Shown here one piece after another: positions 35,589 through 45,511 of a stretch of DNA of 60,505 nucleotides. The DNA lies in contig JBAXLU010000002.1 of NCBI GenBank assembly GCA_037134695.1, positions 1 to 60,505 of the forward strand, written 5' to 3'. The notes below the pieces were generated by a model. It made no database searches and was not told where the DNA came from. It saw nothing but the letters and a program-made list of their open reading frames with translations. Both the position numbers and the translations under genes were made by a program. This DNA comes from Candidatus Nomurabacteria bacterium. Lineage in GTDB: Bacteria; Patescibacteriota; Minisyncoccia; Phycocordibacterales; UBA5272. Each line of letters opens with the position of its first letter. Position 1 is the stretch's first letter.

Positions 35589-36029
35589 ATGCAAGAAAAA
35601 AAATTACAAAATACACAAAAAGATTCTTTTGATATTTGGAACTCATTAAAAAAAGATTTAAATTCTTCTTCTAAAGAATCGGCAGTTTTTCGTACCAGAG
35701 ATATTTGGTGGACTTCTTTGGGGAAAAATGTTGGTTTTGAAGAAGATGGAAAGAATGAGCTTTTTGAAAGACCTGTTCTTATTCTTAAAAAATGGAACGC
35801 CTCATTTTTTGTTGGTATTCCTTTTACAACAAAGAAAATAATTTCAGAAGAAAATAGTAAGTTTTATCATAGGTATGATCTTAATGATTTTGAACAAGGC
35901 TATGCAATGTTATCTCAGATACGTGTTTTTAGTAGTAAAAGAATACAGAGAAGAATAAAAAAGATGGGGGAAAAAGATTTTGAGGAAGTAAAAAAGAAAT
36001 TGAAAGAAATCCTTTTATTAGAGGAATAA
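35589..36029 (+). CDS. PemK/MazF-family toxin-like protein (solitary)
   Basis: RDIWWTSLGKNVGFEEDGKNELFERPVLIL ... SQIRVFSSKRI matches the MazF/PemK fold signature. No adjacent antitoxin ORF. Confidence 0.7.
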   Translation: MQEKKLQNTQKDSFDIWNSLKKDLNSSSKESAVFRTRDIWWTSLGKNVGFEEDGKNELFERPVLILKKWNASFFVGIPFTTKKIISEENSKFYHRYDLNDFEQGYAMLSQIRVFSSKRIQRRIKKMGEKDFEEVKKKLKEILLLEE

Positions 36030-36120
36030 AAATCGAAACCGCCCTTGTGGGGCGGCTCTCGAGTGCCATCGGCAATTTATACATTAATTATAGACTATAG
36101 GTAAACATTAGTCAATAGAT

Positions 36121-39100
36121 ATGAACAACAACCCAACACCAAAAACAATATCAGAAAAAGAAGAAGAGGTTTTAAATTTCTGGCTTGAAAATAAAATCTT
36201 TGAGAAATCAATGGAAACTCCTGCAAGTGAAAAAGCAAAAGGGGATTTCTCTTTTTACGATGGTCCACCATTTGCGACTGGTCTTCCACACTATGGACAT
36301 ATTTTGGCGGGGACAATTAAAGATGCTGTTCCACGTTATCAAACAATGAACGGTAAAAGTGTTCGCCGTGTTTGGGGTTGGGACTGTCACGGCCTTCCAA
36401 TTGAGAATTTAATTGAGAAAAAACTTGGACTAAAAAGTAAAAAAGATATTGAAGATTTTGGTATTGGTAAGTTTAATAAAGATGCAAATGATAGTGTTCT
36501 TCAATATGAAGAAGAATGGAGAAAAGTAATTCCAAGACTTGGTAGATGGGCTGATATGGATAGACCGTATAAAACGATGGACGCAACATACACAGAAAGT
36601 ATTTGGTGGGCTTGGAAAACTTTGTATGAAAAAGGCTTGGCCTATGAAGGAAATAAAATGATGCACATTTGTCCTCGTTGTGAGACTCCTCTTGCTCAAT
36701 CAGAAGTTGGACTTGAATATCATGATGTTACAGATCTTTCTGTTACGGCTAAATTTGAATTAGTAAATGAAGCTAATACTTTTGTTCTTGCTTGGACTAC
36801 AACACCTTGGACATTACCAGGAAATGTTGCACTTGCTCTTAAACAAGATGCTAATTATGTGAAAGTTTCAATTGAAGGAATGGAAGGAAAATATATTCTT
36901 GCAGAAGAAAGAACTGGAGAAATATTGAAGGAAATGAAATTCGAAGTTTTGGAAACTTTCACGGGGTCAAAATTAATTGGTCAGTCATACAAACCAGTTT
37001 TCCCATATTTTATAGATAAAGAAATTGAAAATAAACAAAATATTTGGAAGATTTGGCATGCAGACTTTATAACATTAGACACTGGTACCGGTATTGCCCA
37101 TGAAGCACCAGCCTTTGGTGCTGAAGATATGGAATTAGCGAAAGCAAATAATTTCCCTGTAATTAAACATGTGAAAATGGACGGGACTTTTATACCGGAT
37201 GTGACGGATTTTGCTGGCATGAAAGTAAAAGTAAAAGATGACACACAGTCTGCTGATATTGAAATCATAAAATGGCTAGCTCACAATGGAAAGCTTTTTG
37301 AAAAACATAAAATAATTCACTCATATCCACTTTGTTGGAGATGTAAAACTCCGCTACTTAACTATGCGACATCGAGTTGGTTTGTTGATGTTCCAAAAAT
37401 GAAGGACAGGTTAATTGAAGAAAATAAAAAAATTGTTTGGGTACCAGAGCATATTCGTGACGGCAGATTTGGTAAATGGTTAGAAGGGGCTCGTGAGTGG
37501 GCAGTGTCCCGTACACGTTATTGGGGTGCACCACTTCCTGTTTGGAAAGATGAGAATGGAGAGATTTTAATTATTGGTTCTTTGAAAGAATTAGCAGAGA
37601 AAAATAAACAAAAGCCAAAAAATGCTTATTATGTAATGCGTCACGGGGAATCTTTTTCTAACATAAATAACGTCATTGATGTTGGGTCAGATGAAAATAA
37701 TCACTTAACAGAAAAAGGTATAACTCAAGTAGTGGGCCAAAGAGATTTTATCAAAGATTTAAATATAGATTTGATATTTTCTTCATCAGTACTTCGAGCT
37801 AAAGAAACAGCAGAAATTGTTAAGGGTGAAAAGGAAATTATTGTTGAAGACAGATTAAGAGAAAGTAGTGATGGTATATATGATGGGAAAGATGTCTCTG
37901 CTTTAGAAAGAGAAGTGGGTAAAGATTATTTAAGATTTGATTATAAGATCGAAGGAGGTGAATCACATCAAGAAATAATGAATCGTGTTATGAATCTTAT
38001 AATGGATTGTGAGAAGGAATATACAAATAAAAATATTTTATTTGTAACTCATGGTGGGCCTGCACGTATGATGCTTGCCGGAGCTGAGATTATTACAGAA
38101 GAGCAAGTCATTAATGGTGATCAAATTAAATCTGGTAATTTATATTTAAACAATGCAGAAATAAGAAAAGTAAATTATAAAATTATTCCACGTGACGAAA
38201 CAGGTGCAGTAAATCTTCACCGTCCATATATTGATGAAATAGAATTAGAGAATAATGGTAAAACTTATAAAAGAATAGGTGATGTTTTTGATTGTTGGTT
38301 TGAATCAGGTTCAATGCCGTTTGCACAACTCCATTATCCATTTGAGAATAAAGAAGTTTTTGATAAAAATTATCCAGCAGACTTTATCGCGGAAGGATTA
38401 GACCAAACTCGTGGATGGTTTTATTCACTTATAAATTTAGGAGTTGGGTTATTTGATAAAGCTCCTTATAAACATGTAGCAGTAAATGGACTTATTTTGG
38501 CAGACACTGGAGAAAAACTCTCTAAGAGTGAGAAGAATTATACAGATCCAATGATTCTTGTAGAAAAATACGGAGCAGATTCAATGCGTTATGCATTATT
38601 ATCTAGTTCTGTTGTTAAGGGAGAGGATTTACTATTTGGAGATGATGTTGTTTCTGATGTTTATAAGAAACTTGTTTCTCGACTACTAAACGTTGTTTCA
38701 TTATATGAAATGAATAAACCTGAAAAAGTTGAAGCAAAAAATAGTTCAAATGATGTTTTGGATATTTGGATGATGTCACGTGTGCATGAATTGGTTCGTG
38801 ATGCAACAAAAGGTTATGAATCATATAAATTGGATGAAGCGACACGTGGTATTGGAGATGTTATTGATGACATTTCTGTTTGGTATACACGTAGATCACG
38901 CGATCGGTTGAAAGGAGACACTGGAGCAGAAGACCAAATGCGTGCTTATGAGACATTAACCTATGTACTTGTAACTTTGTCTAAAGTTATGGCACCAGTT
39001 ATGCCGTTTACCGCTGAAATGGTTTATAAGGCTTTAAATGGAGAGAAAGAATCTGTCCATCTTGAAAGCTGGCCAAAAGGTGGATTAGTTGATGAAGAGG

Positions 39101-39552
39101 TTATTAAAGAAATGAAAAATGTTAGAGACATAGTAACTGTCGCTCTTTCTCTTCGTACTGCATCAAAAATCGCTGTTCGTCAGCCACTTCAAAAGATTAC
39201 CTTAAAAGAGCAGATAAAAAGTGAATATCATAAAATCATTTTAGATGAACTTAATGTTAAGGAAATTGCCTTTGATAATTCTGCTACAGATGCTTGTTTA
39301 TTGGATACTAATATTACTGAGGAATTAAAAATAGAGGGTGATGTTAGAAATCTAATGCGTGCCGTTCAGGATGCTCGTAAGGAAAAAGGTTTAACTCCAA
39401 AAGATTTTATTATTCTTTTGACTAATTATTCTGTTCCTCTAAAGTTTAAAGAAGTATTAATGAATACTTGTAAAATTAGTGAAATAAAAGAGGGGGCAGG
39501 AAAATATAAAGCAGAAACAAGCGGAGGGGAAATTTATTTTGATTTAAATTAA
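36121..39552 (+). CDS. ileS: Isoleucine--tRNA ligase (type 2) with an inserted histidine-phosphatase domain
   Basis: HIGH (PHYGHILAG), KMSKS (KLSKS), the CP1 editing region and NLHRPYID. An extra ~190 aa with RHGES...THGG lies at about 37624-38190. Confidence 0.93.
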   Translation: MNNNPTPKTISEKEEEVLNFWLENKIFEKSMETPASEKAKGDFSFYDGPPFATGLPHYGHILAGTIKDAVPRYQTMNGKSVRRVWGWDCHGLPIENLIEKKLGLKSKKDIEDFGIGKFNKDANDSVLQYEEEWRKVIPRLGRWADMDRPYKTMDATYTESIWWAWKTLYEKGLAYEGNKMMHICPRCETPLAQSEVGLEYHDVTDLSVTAKFELVNEANTFVLAWTTTPWTLPGNVALALKQDANYVKVSIEGMEGKYILAEERTGEILKEMKFEVLETFTGSKLIGQSYKPVFPYFIDKEIENKQNIWKIWHADFITLDTGTGIAHEAPAFGAEDMELAKANNFPVIKHVKMDGTFIPDVTDFAGMKVKVKDDTQSADIEIIKWLAHNGKLFEKHKIIHSYPLCWRCKTPLLNYATSSWFVDVPKMKDRLIEENKKIVWVPEHIRDGRFGKWLEGAREWAVSRTRYWGAPLPVWKDENGEILIIGSLKELAEKNKQKPKNAYYVMRHGESFSNINNVIDVGSDENNHLTEKGITQVVGQRDFIKDLNIDLIFSSSVLRAKETAEIVKGEKEIIVEDRLRESSDGIYDGKDVSALEREVGKDYLRFDYKIEGGESHQEIMNRVMNLIMDCEKEYTNKNILFVTHGGPARMMLAGAEIITEEQVINGDQIKSGNLYLNNAEIRKVNYKIIPRDETGAVNLHRPYIDEIELENNGKTYKRIGDVFDCWFESGSMPFAQLHYPFENKEVFDKNYPADFIAEGLDQTRGWFYSLINLGVGLFDKAPYKHVAVNGLILADTGEKLSKSEKNYTDPMILVEKYGADSMRYALLSSSVVKGEDLLFGDDVVSDVYKKLVSRLLNVVSLYEMNKPEKVEAKNSSNDVLDIWMMSRVHELVRDATKGYESYKLDEATRGIGDVIDDISVWYTRRSRDRLKGDTGAEDQMRAYETLTYVLVTLSKVMAPVMPFTAEMVYKALNGEKESVHLESWPKGGLVDEEVIKEMKNVRDIVTVALSLRTASKIAVRQPLQKITLKEQIKSEYHKIILDELNVKEIAFDNSATDACLLDTNITEELKIEGDVRNLMRAVQDARKEKGLTPKDFIILLTNYSVPLKFKEVLMNTCKISEIKEGAGKYKAETSGGEIYFDLN

Positions 39553-39556
39553 ATTA

Positions 39557-39587
39557 GCAAAAGTGGCGCCGTAGGCGCCACTTTTGC
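39557..39587 (+). terminator. Intrinsic terminator after ileS
   Basis: GCAAAAGTGGCGCC-gta-GGCGCCACTTTTGC. Confidence 0.85.
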
Positions 39588-39633
39588 TCGTATTTACTGT
39601 TAGCTGTAGACTGTTAACTATAAGTTGCCCCAA

Positions 39634-40188
39634 ATGTCCATAGAAAAATACACAACTAAATGTTTAGTGATAACCTCTTTTGATCAAAATGAAAATGATC
39701 GTGTATATAAATTATTTACGCGTGAATTTGGTTTACTTATTGCTCACGCCAAGAGTATTCGTAAATTAGAAAGTAAGTTACGTTCTCATATTCTTCCACG
39801 AACAGTTAGTCTTGTAACTCTAGTTAAAGGAAAAGAAGTTTGGCGTTTAGTCGGTGCCGAAGAGCAAAAAGCGTCATCTGTAATTATTCATGAAGTTACG
39901 GAATTAATTTCACGATTTATACATGGGGAGGAACCTCATATTGTTCTTTATGATAGAGTTGAAGAATTTCTTAGAGAGTCTGATAATTATGACAAACAAA
40001 AAGTTAGGATTTTGTTTTATTATATTCTGTTGGTTGAACTTGGTTATGCAGATGTAAAAGTGATTGGAATAAAAAATATAAAAGAGTATAGGGGGTGGAA
40101 TATTGATGATTTATACACCCACTTCCTTTTATCTGAGAAAACGGTTAAGGATCACATTAGAAAGGTCGTTAAAGATATACAACTATAA
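39634..40188 (+). CDS. recO: DNA repair protein RecO (short form)
   Basis: OB-fold N-terminus pattern (ND RVYKLFTREFGLL...) and size/position consistent with RecO. First ATG used. Confidence 0.65.
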   Translation: MSIEKYTTKCLVITSFDQNENDRVYKLFTREFGLLIAHAKSIRKLESKLRSHILPRTVSLVTLVKGKEVWRLVGAEEQKASSVIIHEVTELISRFIHGEEPHIVLYDRVEEFLRESDNYDKQKVRILFYYILLVELGYADVKVIGIKNIKEYRGWNIDDLYTHFLLSEKTVKDHIRKVVKDIQL

Positions 40189-40350
40189 GTCGAAAGTTGA
40201 AAGTCTATAAAGTTTATAAAGTAAATACAAATCAGCCCCGCTTACCTTGCTCATAAAAATAAAGATTCAATGAATTTCATTAAAAATTAAAAATTGGAAA
40301 TTGAAAATTAAATTTATGTAACCATAAATTTGTTTGTTATACTGTCACAT

Positions 40351-42225
40351 ATGAATCCACCAGAAGAAAATAATGAATTACACCAAATTGATAATTTGGA
40401 GTATAAACTATATGATCCAAAGCAGGTTGGTAATGAAACTGCTAGACATATGATTTCTAGTCGTAAAGAAGAAGAGGTTAAAACAAACTGGGTAGAGATT
40501 ACACCAATAATAAAACCAATCGATGAAGTTGAGACAAGTTATTCTTTTGGTACAAAAATACTTTTTTTCGCACTTATTTTTTTATTTGCAGTACTGTCTT
40601 TCACAGCTTGGAGAGTTTTGTCTTCTAGAAATGTTGTTTCTGTGGATAATATTGATATAACACTTGAAAATAAACCATATGTAGATGGAGGAGAAACTAC
40701 ACCTTTTAGTGTTTCTGTTTTTAATAGAAATACTTCTCCGTTACAAGAAGCAACCATAACAATTTCTTATGAAAAAGGTATTGGGGCTTTAGATGAACAA
40801 CAAAAAGTTTATGAAAAAAGAGATTTGGGAACAATATTACCGAACGTTATAAAGAAAGAAGATTTAAATATTACTTTATATGGAGCAGCAGATGAAACTA
40901 GAGTTATTTCTGTTAAGTTGGAGTATAAAGTTGCTGGAACTAATGCTGTTTTTAATAAACCTACAACAACACAAGTTGTTTTGAAAACTCCTCCGATTTC
41001 TGTTCACATAGATGGTCCAGAAACCTTGGTACAAGGGCAAGATGGTATTTTTAATATTTCTATTATTAATAATACTTCAACAGAAATTAAAGATAGTTTG
41101 TTGTCGGTTTCATTACCAACAACGTTTAAGATGACTCAATCAGACCCAAAACCAAATACAAAAGGGATGATGTGGGTTTTACCATCTGTTTTCCCTGGTG
41201 CGACGTCAACAGTAACGATATCGGGGTCTTTTACTGGTGTACCAGGAGAAGTGGATACGATTAAAGCAAGCGTTGGAAGTGCTTCGTCTGCGGTTAATCA
41301 GATGGGCGTTGTTTATTCACAAGAGGGTCATAGTATTTCTATAACTTCTCCGTTATTAGCTTTGAATGCTCATTTAGAAACAGATAGAGGAAGCGCAGAG
41401 AATCTCCGCTATGGGGACAAGGCCGTTGTCTATGTTTCTTACGAAAATAAAAATGATAAGGCTTTGCGAGATGTTTCTATTGTAGTAAATGTTGGAGGAG
41501 ATGCTCCGATTATATCTTCTGTATCTTCTGATTATGGTTATTATAATTCAATTAATAAAACTATTACATTTAATACGTCTACTAATCGTGAACTATCCTC
41601 TGTTGCTCCAGGTGGTAAAGGAGAGTTTAGAATTTCTATCCCTATAATTTTAAAAGGAAATAGTTCTCCTAAACTTTCTCTTGTTATTGATGGTAAAGCA
41701 TCATCTGTTTCAAAAGATGATTCTGCTACAGAATTTTCAAAATCTTGGAATGTTGAAGGAAATGCTACGTTTAGTGCTACTACCGCTTATAAAAACTCAA
41801 CTTTTATAAATAGTGGACCACTGCCTCCAAAAGCAAATGTTAGCACGACTTATAGTGCACACTTAGTTGCTTCTGCTCAAAACGCGTTAGTTAATTCTAA
41901 AGTATCATTTATATTACCAGCTTATGTAACTTTCACAGGGACTTTTGCTACGGGAACAAATGTAACTTATAACGATAGAACCAGAACTGTTGTATGGAAT
42001 ATAGGAAATATATCAGCTGGAGGAGTTGTTTTTAATGACATTAAACTTAGTGTAAAGCCTTCTCAGAGTCATGTAGGAAATATGCCACCAATAACATCTA
42101 GTGTTACTTTAGAAGCTGATGAGGCCGACAGTAAAGCATTAGTAAGAACAATAACTAATCCATTAACTACAGATATTTCTAGAGAACAGGGCACAAATGA
42201 CCTCTCTCATGTAATTGCTAATTAG
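40351..42225 (+). CDS. Large membrane-anchored hypothetical protein (beta-rich, S/T/N-rich ectodomain)
   Basis: One N-terminal TM helix followed by about 530 aa of repetitive beta-strand-like sequence. No family recognised. Confidence 0.7.
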   Translation: MNPPEENNELHQIDNLEYKLYDPKQVGNETARHMISSRKEEEVKTNWVEITPIIKPIDEVETSYSFGTKILFFALIFLFAVLSFTAWRVLSSRNVVSVDNIDITLENKPYVDGGETTPFSVSVFNRNTSPLQEATITISYEKGIGALDEQQKVYEKRDLGTILPNVIKKEDLNITLYGAADETRVISVKLEYKVAGTNAVFNKPTTTQVVLKTPPISVHIDGPETLVQGQDGIFNISIINNTSTEIKDSLLSVSLPTTFKMTQSDPKPNTKGMMWVLPSVFPGATSTVTISGSFTGVPGEVDTIKASVGSASSAVNQMGVVYSQEGHSISITSPLLALNAHLETDRGSAENLRYGDKAVVYVSYENKNDKALRDVSIVVNVGGDAPIISSVSSDYGYYNSINKTITFNTSTNRELSSVAPGGKGEFRISIPIILKGNSSPKLSLVIDGKASSVSKDDSATEFSKSWNVEGNATFSATTAYKNSTFINSGPLPPKANVSTTYSAHLVASAQNALVNSKVSFILPAYVTFTGTFATGTNVTYNDRTRTVVWNIGNISAGGVVFNDIKLSVKPSQSHVGNMPPITSSVTLEADEADSKALVRTITNPLTTDISREQGTNDLSHVIAN

Positions 42226-42268
42226 ACTAGAGTCTATAAAGTCGAAAGTCCATAAAGTCTATAAAGCT

Positions 42269-42295
42269 GAAAGCGACCCCGAAGGGGTCGCTTTC
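42269..42295 (+). terminator. Intrinsic terminator (GCGACCCC-GAA-GGGGTCGC family)
   Basis: GAAAGCGACCCC-gaa-GGGGTCGCTTTC. The same core recurs at 50325 and 50819. Confidence 0.8.
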
Positions 42296-42359
42296 ATCTC
42301 CAACTTTTAACTTCATAAACTTTATGAACTTTTAACTATTTTTATGTTAGGATAACTGT

Positions 42360-43412
42360 ATGAAAGAGACAATTAATGTAGTTATTCCAACCTCAACAAT
42401 TATAAAAGTTTTAGCCTGGGTTTCTATTTTTGCAGGATTATTTTTTGTCAGTGATTTTGTTATAGCTCTTTTAGTTGCGGTTATTATTGCTTCTGCAACT
42501 GAAATGCCTGTTAAATTAATGATGAGTTGGGGTATTCCAAGAGGAATTTCGGTTACAATTATTTTTTTAACATTAATAGCAATTGTCTCATCTGTTGCTT
42601 TTATTTTTGTGCCACCACTAGCTGATGACATAGCTCGTTTTGTTAAAGTCTTACCTCAAATACTAGACTCAGTACGTATTTTTGGAAGTGATATGGGATT
42701 TAAAGATTTATCTGTATCAATTTCTGATCTATCAAAAGGAATTTCTAAGGGCCAGATTTTAACAATATTAAAAGATGCTATTTTTGGTTCAACTGGATTT
42801 TTTGCAACAACATCTGTAGTTTTTAGAGGAATTGTTAATACAGTTCTTACATTTGTTTTAGCTTTTTATTTAGCTCTTGAGGAACGTGGTGTACAGAAAT
42901 TTTTACGTTTAGTAACTCCTAAAATATACGAGCATTATGTTGAAGATTTATGGTCACGAGCACAGAAAAAAATAGGTCTTTGGATGCAAGGACAAATTTT
43001 GCTTTCTTTACTTGTGGCACTTTTGGTTTATGTTCCAAATCTAATTCTAAATATGCCATACGCGGCACTACTCTCAATTCTTGCATTTATTGGAGAGTTG
43101 GTACCTATGATTGGCCTTACTTTTTCTGCTATACCAGCTCTCTTTATTGCTTGGACTCATGGTGGTTCAAATCTACTAATAACTGTTTCTGTAATTTATT
43201 TAATTATTGGACAATTAGAAAGCCACATATTTTATCCAAGGGTTATGAATAAATTAGTTGGAGTCCCATCAGTTATAGTTATAATCGCTCTTGTGGTCGG
43301 AGCTAAATTGGCTGGCATTTGGGGTGTTATACTTTCAGTGCCACTGGCTTCTATTTTTATGGAATTAGCAAATGATTTAGAAAAGAGAAAAAATATTGGA
43401 GCGGAACTATAA
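42360..43412 (+). CDS. AI-2E family transporter (PerM/UPF0118)
   Basis: About 8 TM helices with the typical central soluble loop and a C-terminal GLxGxxLxxPL-like pattern. Confidence 0.7.
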   Translation: MKETINVVIPTSTIIKVLAWVSIFAGLFFVSDFVIALLVAVIIASATEMPVKLMMSWGIPRGISVTIIFLTLIAIVSSVAFIFVPPLADDIARFVKVLPQILDSVRIFGSDMGFKDLSVSISDLSKGISKGQILTILKDAIFGSTGFFATTSVVFRGIVNTVLTFVLAFYLALEERGVQKFLRLVTPKIYEHYVEDLWSRAQKKIGLWMQGQILLSLLVALLVYVPNLILNMPYAALLSILAFIGELVPMIGLTFSAIPALFIAWTHGGSNLLITVSVIYLIIGQLESHIFYPRVMNKLVGVPSVIVIIALVVGAKLAGIWGVILSVPLASIFMELANDLEKRKNIGAEL

Positions 43413-43415
43413 TTT

Positions 43416-44852
43416 ATGAATAAACCTTTTTATATAACAACAACGCTTCCTTATGTAAATGCTGAACCTCATTTGGGTCACGCTATGGAATTTGTTAGAG
43501 CAGATGTAATTGCAAGATATAAAAAGTCACTTGGGTATGATGTATTCTTTAATACAGGAACAGATGAGCATGGTATAAAAATTTTAGAAGGAGCAGAAAA
43601 GGAGGGAATGAATGTGCAAGATTATGTAGATAGAAATGCTTTACGATTCAAGGAGTTGTATCCAAAACTTGGGATTACAGATGACATTCATTTTATTCGT
43701 ACAACTGATGATAAGCATATTAAAGCCGCGCAAGAAATTTGGAAGAGATGTTTTGATAATGGTTATATTTACAAAAAGGAATATGAAGCCAAGTATTGTG
43801 TTGGTTGTGAGCTTTATAAAACAGACAGCGAACTTGAAAATGGAAAATGTCCGATTCATCCAAATCGCGATATCGAAATCATAAAAGAAGAAAATTATTT
43901 TTTTGCATTTTCAAAGATTGAAAGTAAATTACGTGAACTTTATGAAAAGAATCCAACTTTAGTTATTCCAGATTTTAGATTTAATGAAATTAAAGCATTC
44001 TTGGATAGAGGATTGGAAGATTTTTCTATATCACGACTTAAAAGTAAAATGTCATGGGGAGTGCCTGTACCAGGGGATGATGAGCATGTGATGTATGTAT
44101 GGTTTGATGCATTAACAAGTTATATTTCTACACTTGGATGGCCTGATGAGGGTGGAGATTTTAAATATTGGAAAGAAGGTACACCGGTGCAATATTGTGG
44201 TAAGGACAATCTACGACAGCAGTCTGCTATTTGGCAAGGTATGCTTTTAGCTGCAGGACTTCCAACTACTACGAATATTATTATTGATGGGTTTATTATC
44301 TCAGGTGGGCAAAAAATGAGTAAATCTATTGGAAATGTAATAAATCCATTTGATATTCTTGAAATGTTTAAAGATGTTACTGATTATCCTGAAGATATTC
44401 TTCGATTTGTTTTACTTCATGAAGTTCCAAGTTTTGAAGATGGAGATATAACTATCGAATCAATTAAGACTGCATATACTGCGTATCTAGCAAATGGAAT
44501 TGGGAATCTAACGAGTCGTATTATGAAAATGGCCACTACAAACGGGGTAAGACAACAGACAATAGATAAAAGACAACAGAAAGAAATACATGAATACGAC
44601 TTGAATGTATCGATAAAAGAAATTATGCATGAGGTAAGTTTGATTGATGAATATATTGCTACAAATGAACCGTTTAAAGTTATAAAAACAGACACAGAAA
44701 AGGGAAAAGAAATGATAGAACACTGCCTAGCGTCTCTGGAAATTGTAGCAGAAGATTTATCTTCTTATTTGCCTCGTACTTCTTTAAAAATTCTAGAATG
44801 TATTAGAGAAAATAAAATGCCAGAAAAACCGCTGTTTAACAGACTTCCATAA
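43416..44852 (+). CDS. metG: Methionine--tRNA ligase (short form)
   Basis: PYVNAEPHLGHA (HIGH), KMSKS and the CxxC...CP zinc knuckle. Confidence 0.93.
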   Translation: MNKPFYITTTLPYVNAEPHLGHAMEFVRADVIARYKKSLGYDVFFNTGTDEHGIKILEGAEKEGMNVQDYVDRNALRFKELYPKLGITDDIHFIRTTDDKHIKAAQEIWKRCFDNGYIYKKEYEAKYCVGCELYKTDSELENGKCPIHPNRDIEIIKEENYFFAFSKIESKLRELYEKNPTLVIPDFRFNEIKAFLDRGLEDFSISRLKSKMSWGVPVPGDDEHVMYVWFDALTSYISTLGWPDEGGDFKYWKEGTPVQYCGKDNLRQQSAIWQGMLLAAGLPTTTNIIIDGFIISGGQKMSKSIGNVINPFDILEMFKDVTDYPEDILRFVLLHEVPSFEDGDITIESIKTAYTAYLANGIGNLTSRIMKMATTNGVRQQTIDKRQQKEIHEYDLNVSIKEIMHEVSLIDEYIATNEPFKVIKTDTEKGKEMIEHCLASLEIVAEDLSSYLPRTSLKILECIRENKMPEKPLFNRLP

Positions 44853-44861
44853 TTAATAATT

Positions 44862-45473
44862 ATGACACCAAAGACAAAAGGTTTAATTGATATAGCACGG
44901 CTAACTTTCAAGTTTGCTTTAGTTGATAGAGTGACTATGCTAGAGGATGGAGAGATGTATGAGTCAGATACTGACCATACGGTCATGCTTGCTGTTTGTG
45001 CCTGTGCTTTGGTTGAATCTTTGTATAAAGATAAATTAGATATTGGTAAAGTTGCACAATTCGCAATAGTCCATGATTTAGTAGAAGCTTATGCTGGGGA
45101 CACTAATTCCATAAACATAACAGACGAAAACCGTGAGGCTAAAGAAATAAGAGAAGCTGAATCTTTGAAAAGAATAGAAGGTGAATTAGGTGGCGTATAT
45201 CCATGGGTTCATAAAACAATAGAAGAATATGAAAGATTGGATACAAAAGAAGCTCAGTTTATAAAAACTTTAGACAAAGTAATGCCAAAGATTTCACATG
45301 CCTTAAATAAGGGGATAGCTCTTAAAAAACTTGGCGTATCTAAAGAGGAAACAGAAAGCCATTTTTTGGTTCAGACTAAAGAATATAAAGAAAAATATGG
45401 AAAAGATTTTCCCGAGCTTATAGATATTCTAGAAGAGGTTATGGATATTACTGTAAAAGAAGCTTATGTATAA
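44862..45473 (+). CDS. HD-domain phosphohydrolase (YfbR-like 5'-deoxynucleotidase)
   Basis: SDTDHT ... VHDLVEAYAGDT HD signature. Confidence 0.7.
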   Translation: MTPKTKGLIDIARLTFKFALVDRVTMLEDGEMYESDTDHTVMLAVCACALVESLYKDKLDIGKVAQFAIVHDLVEAYAGDTNSINITDENREAKEIREAESLKRIEGELGGVYPWVHKTIEEYERLDTKEAQFIKTLDKVMPKISHALNKGIALKKLGVSKEETESHFLVQTKEYKEKYGKDFPELIDILEEVMDITVKEAYV

Positions 45474-45511
45474 TTTTTGACAGATATATACAAAGTATAT
45501 ATAATATATAT

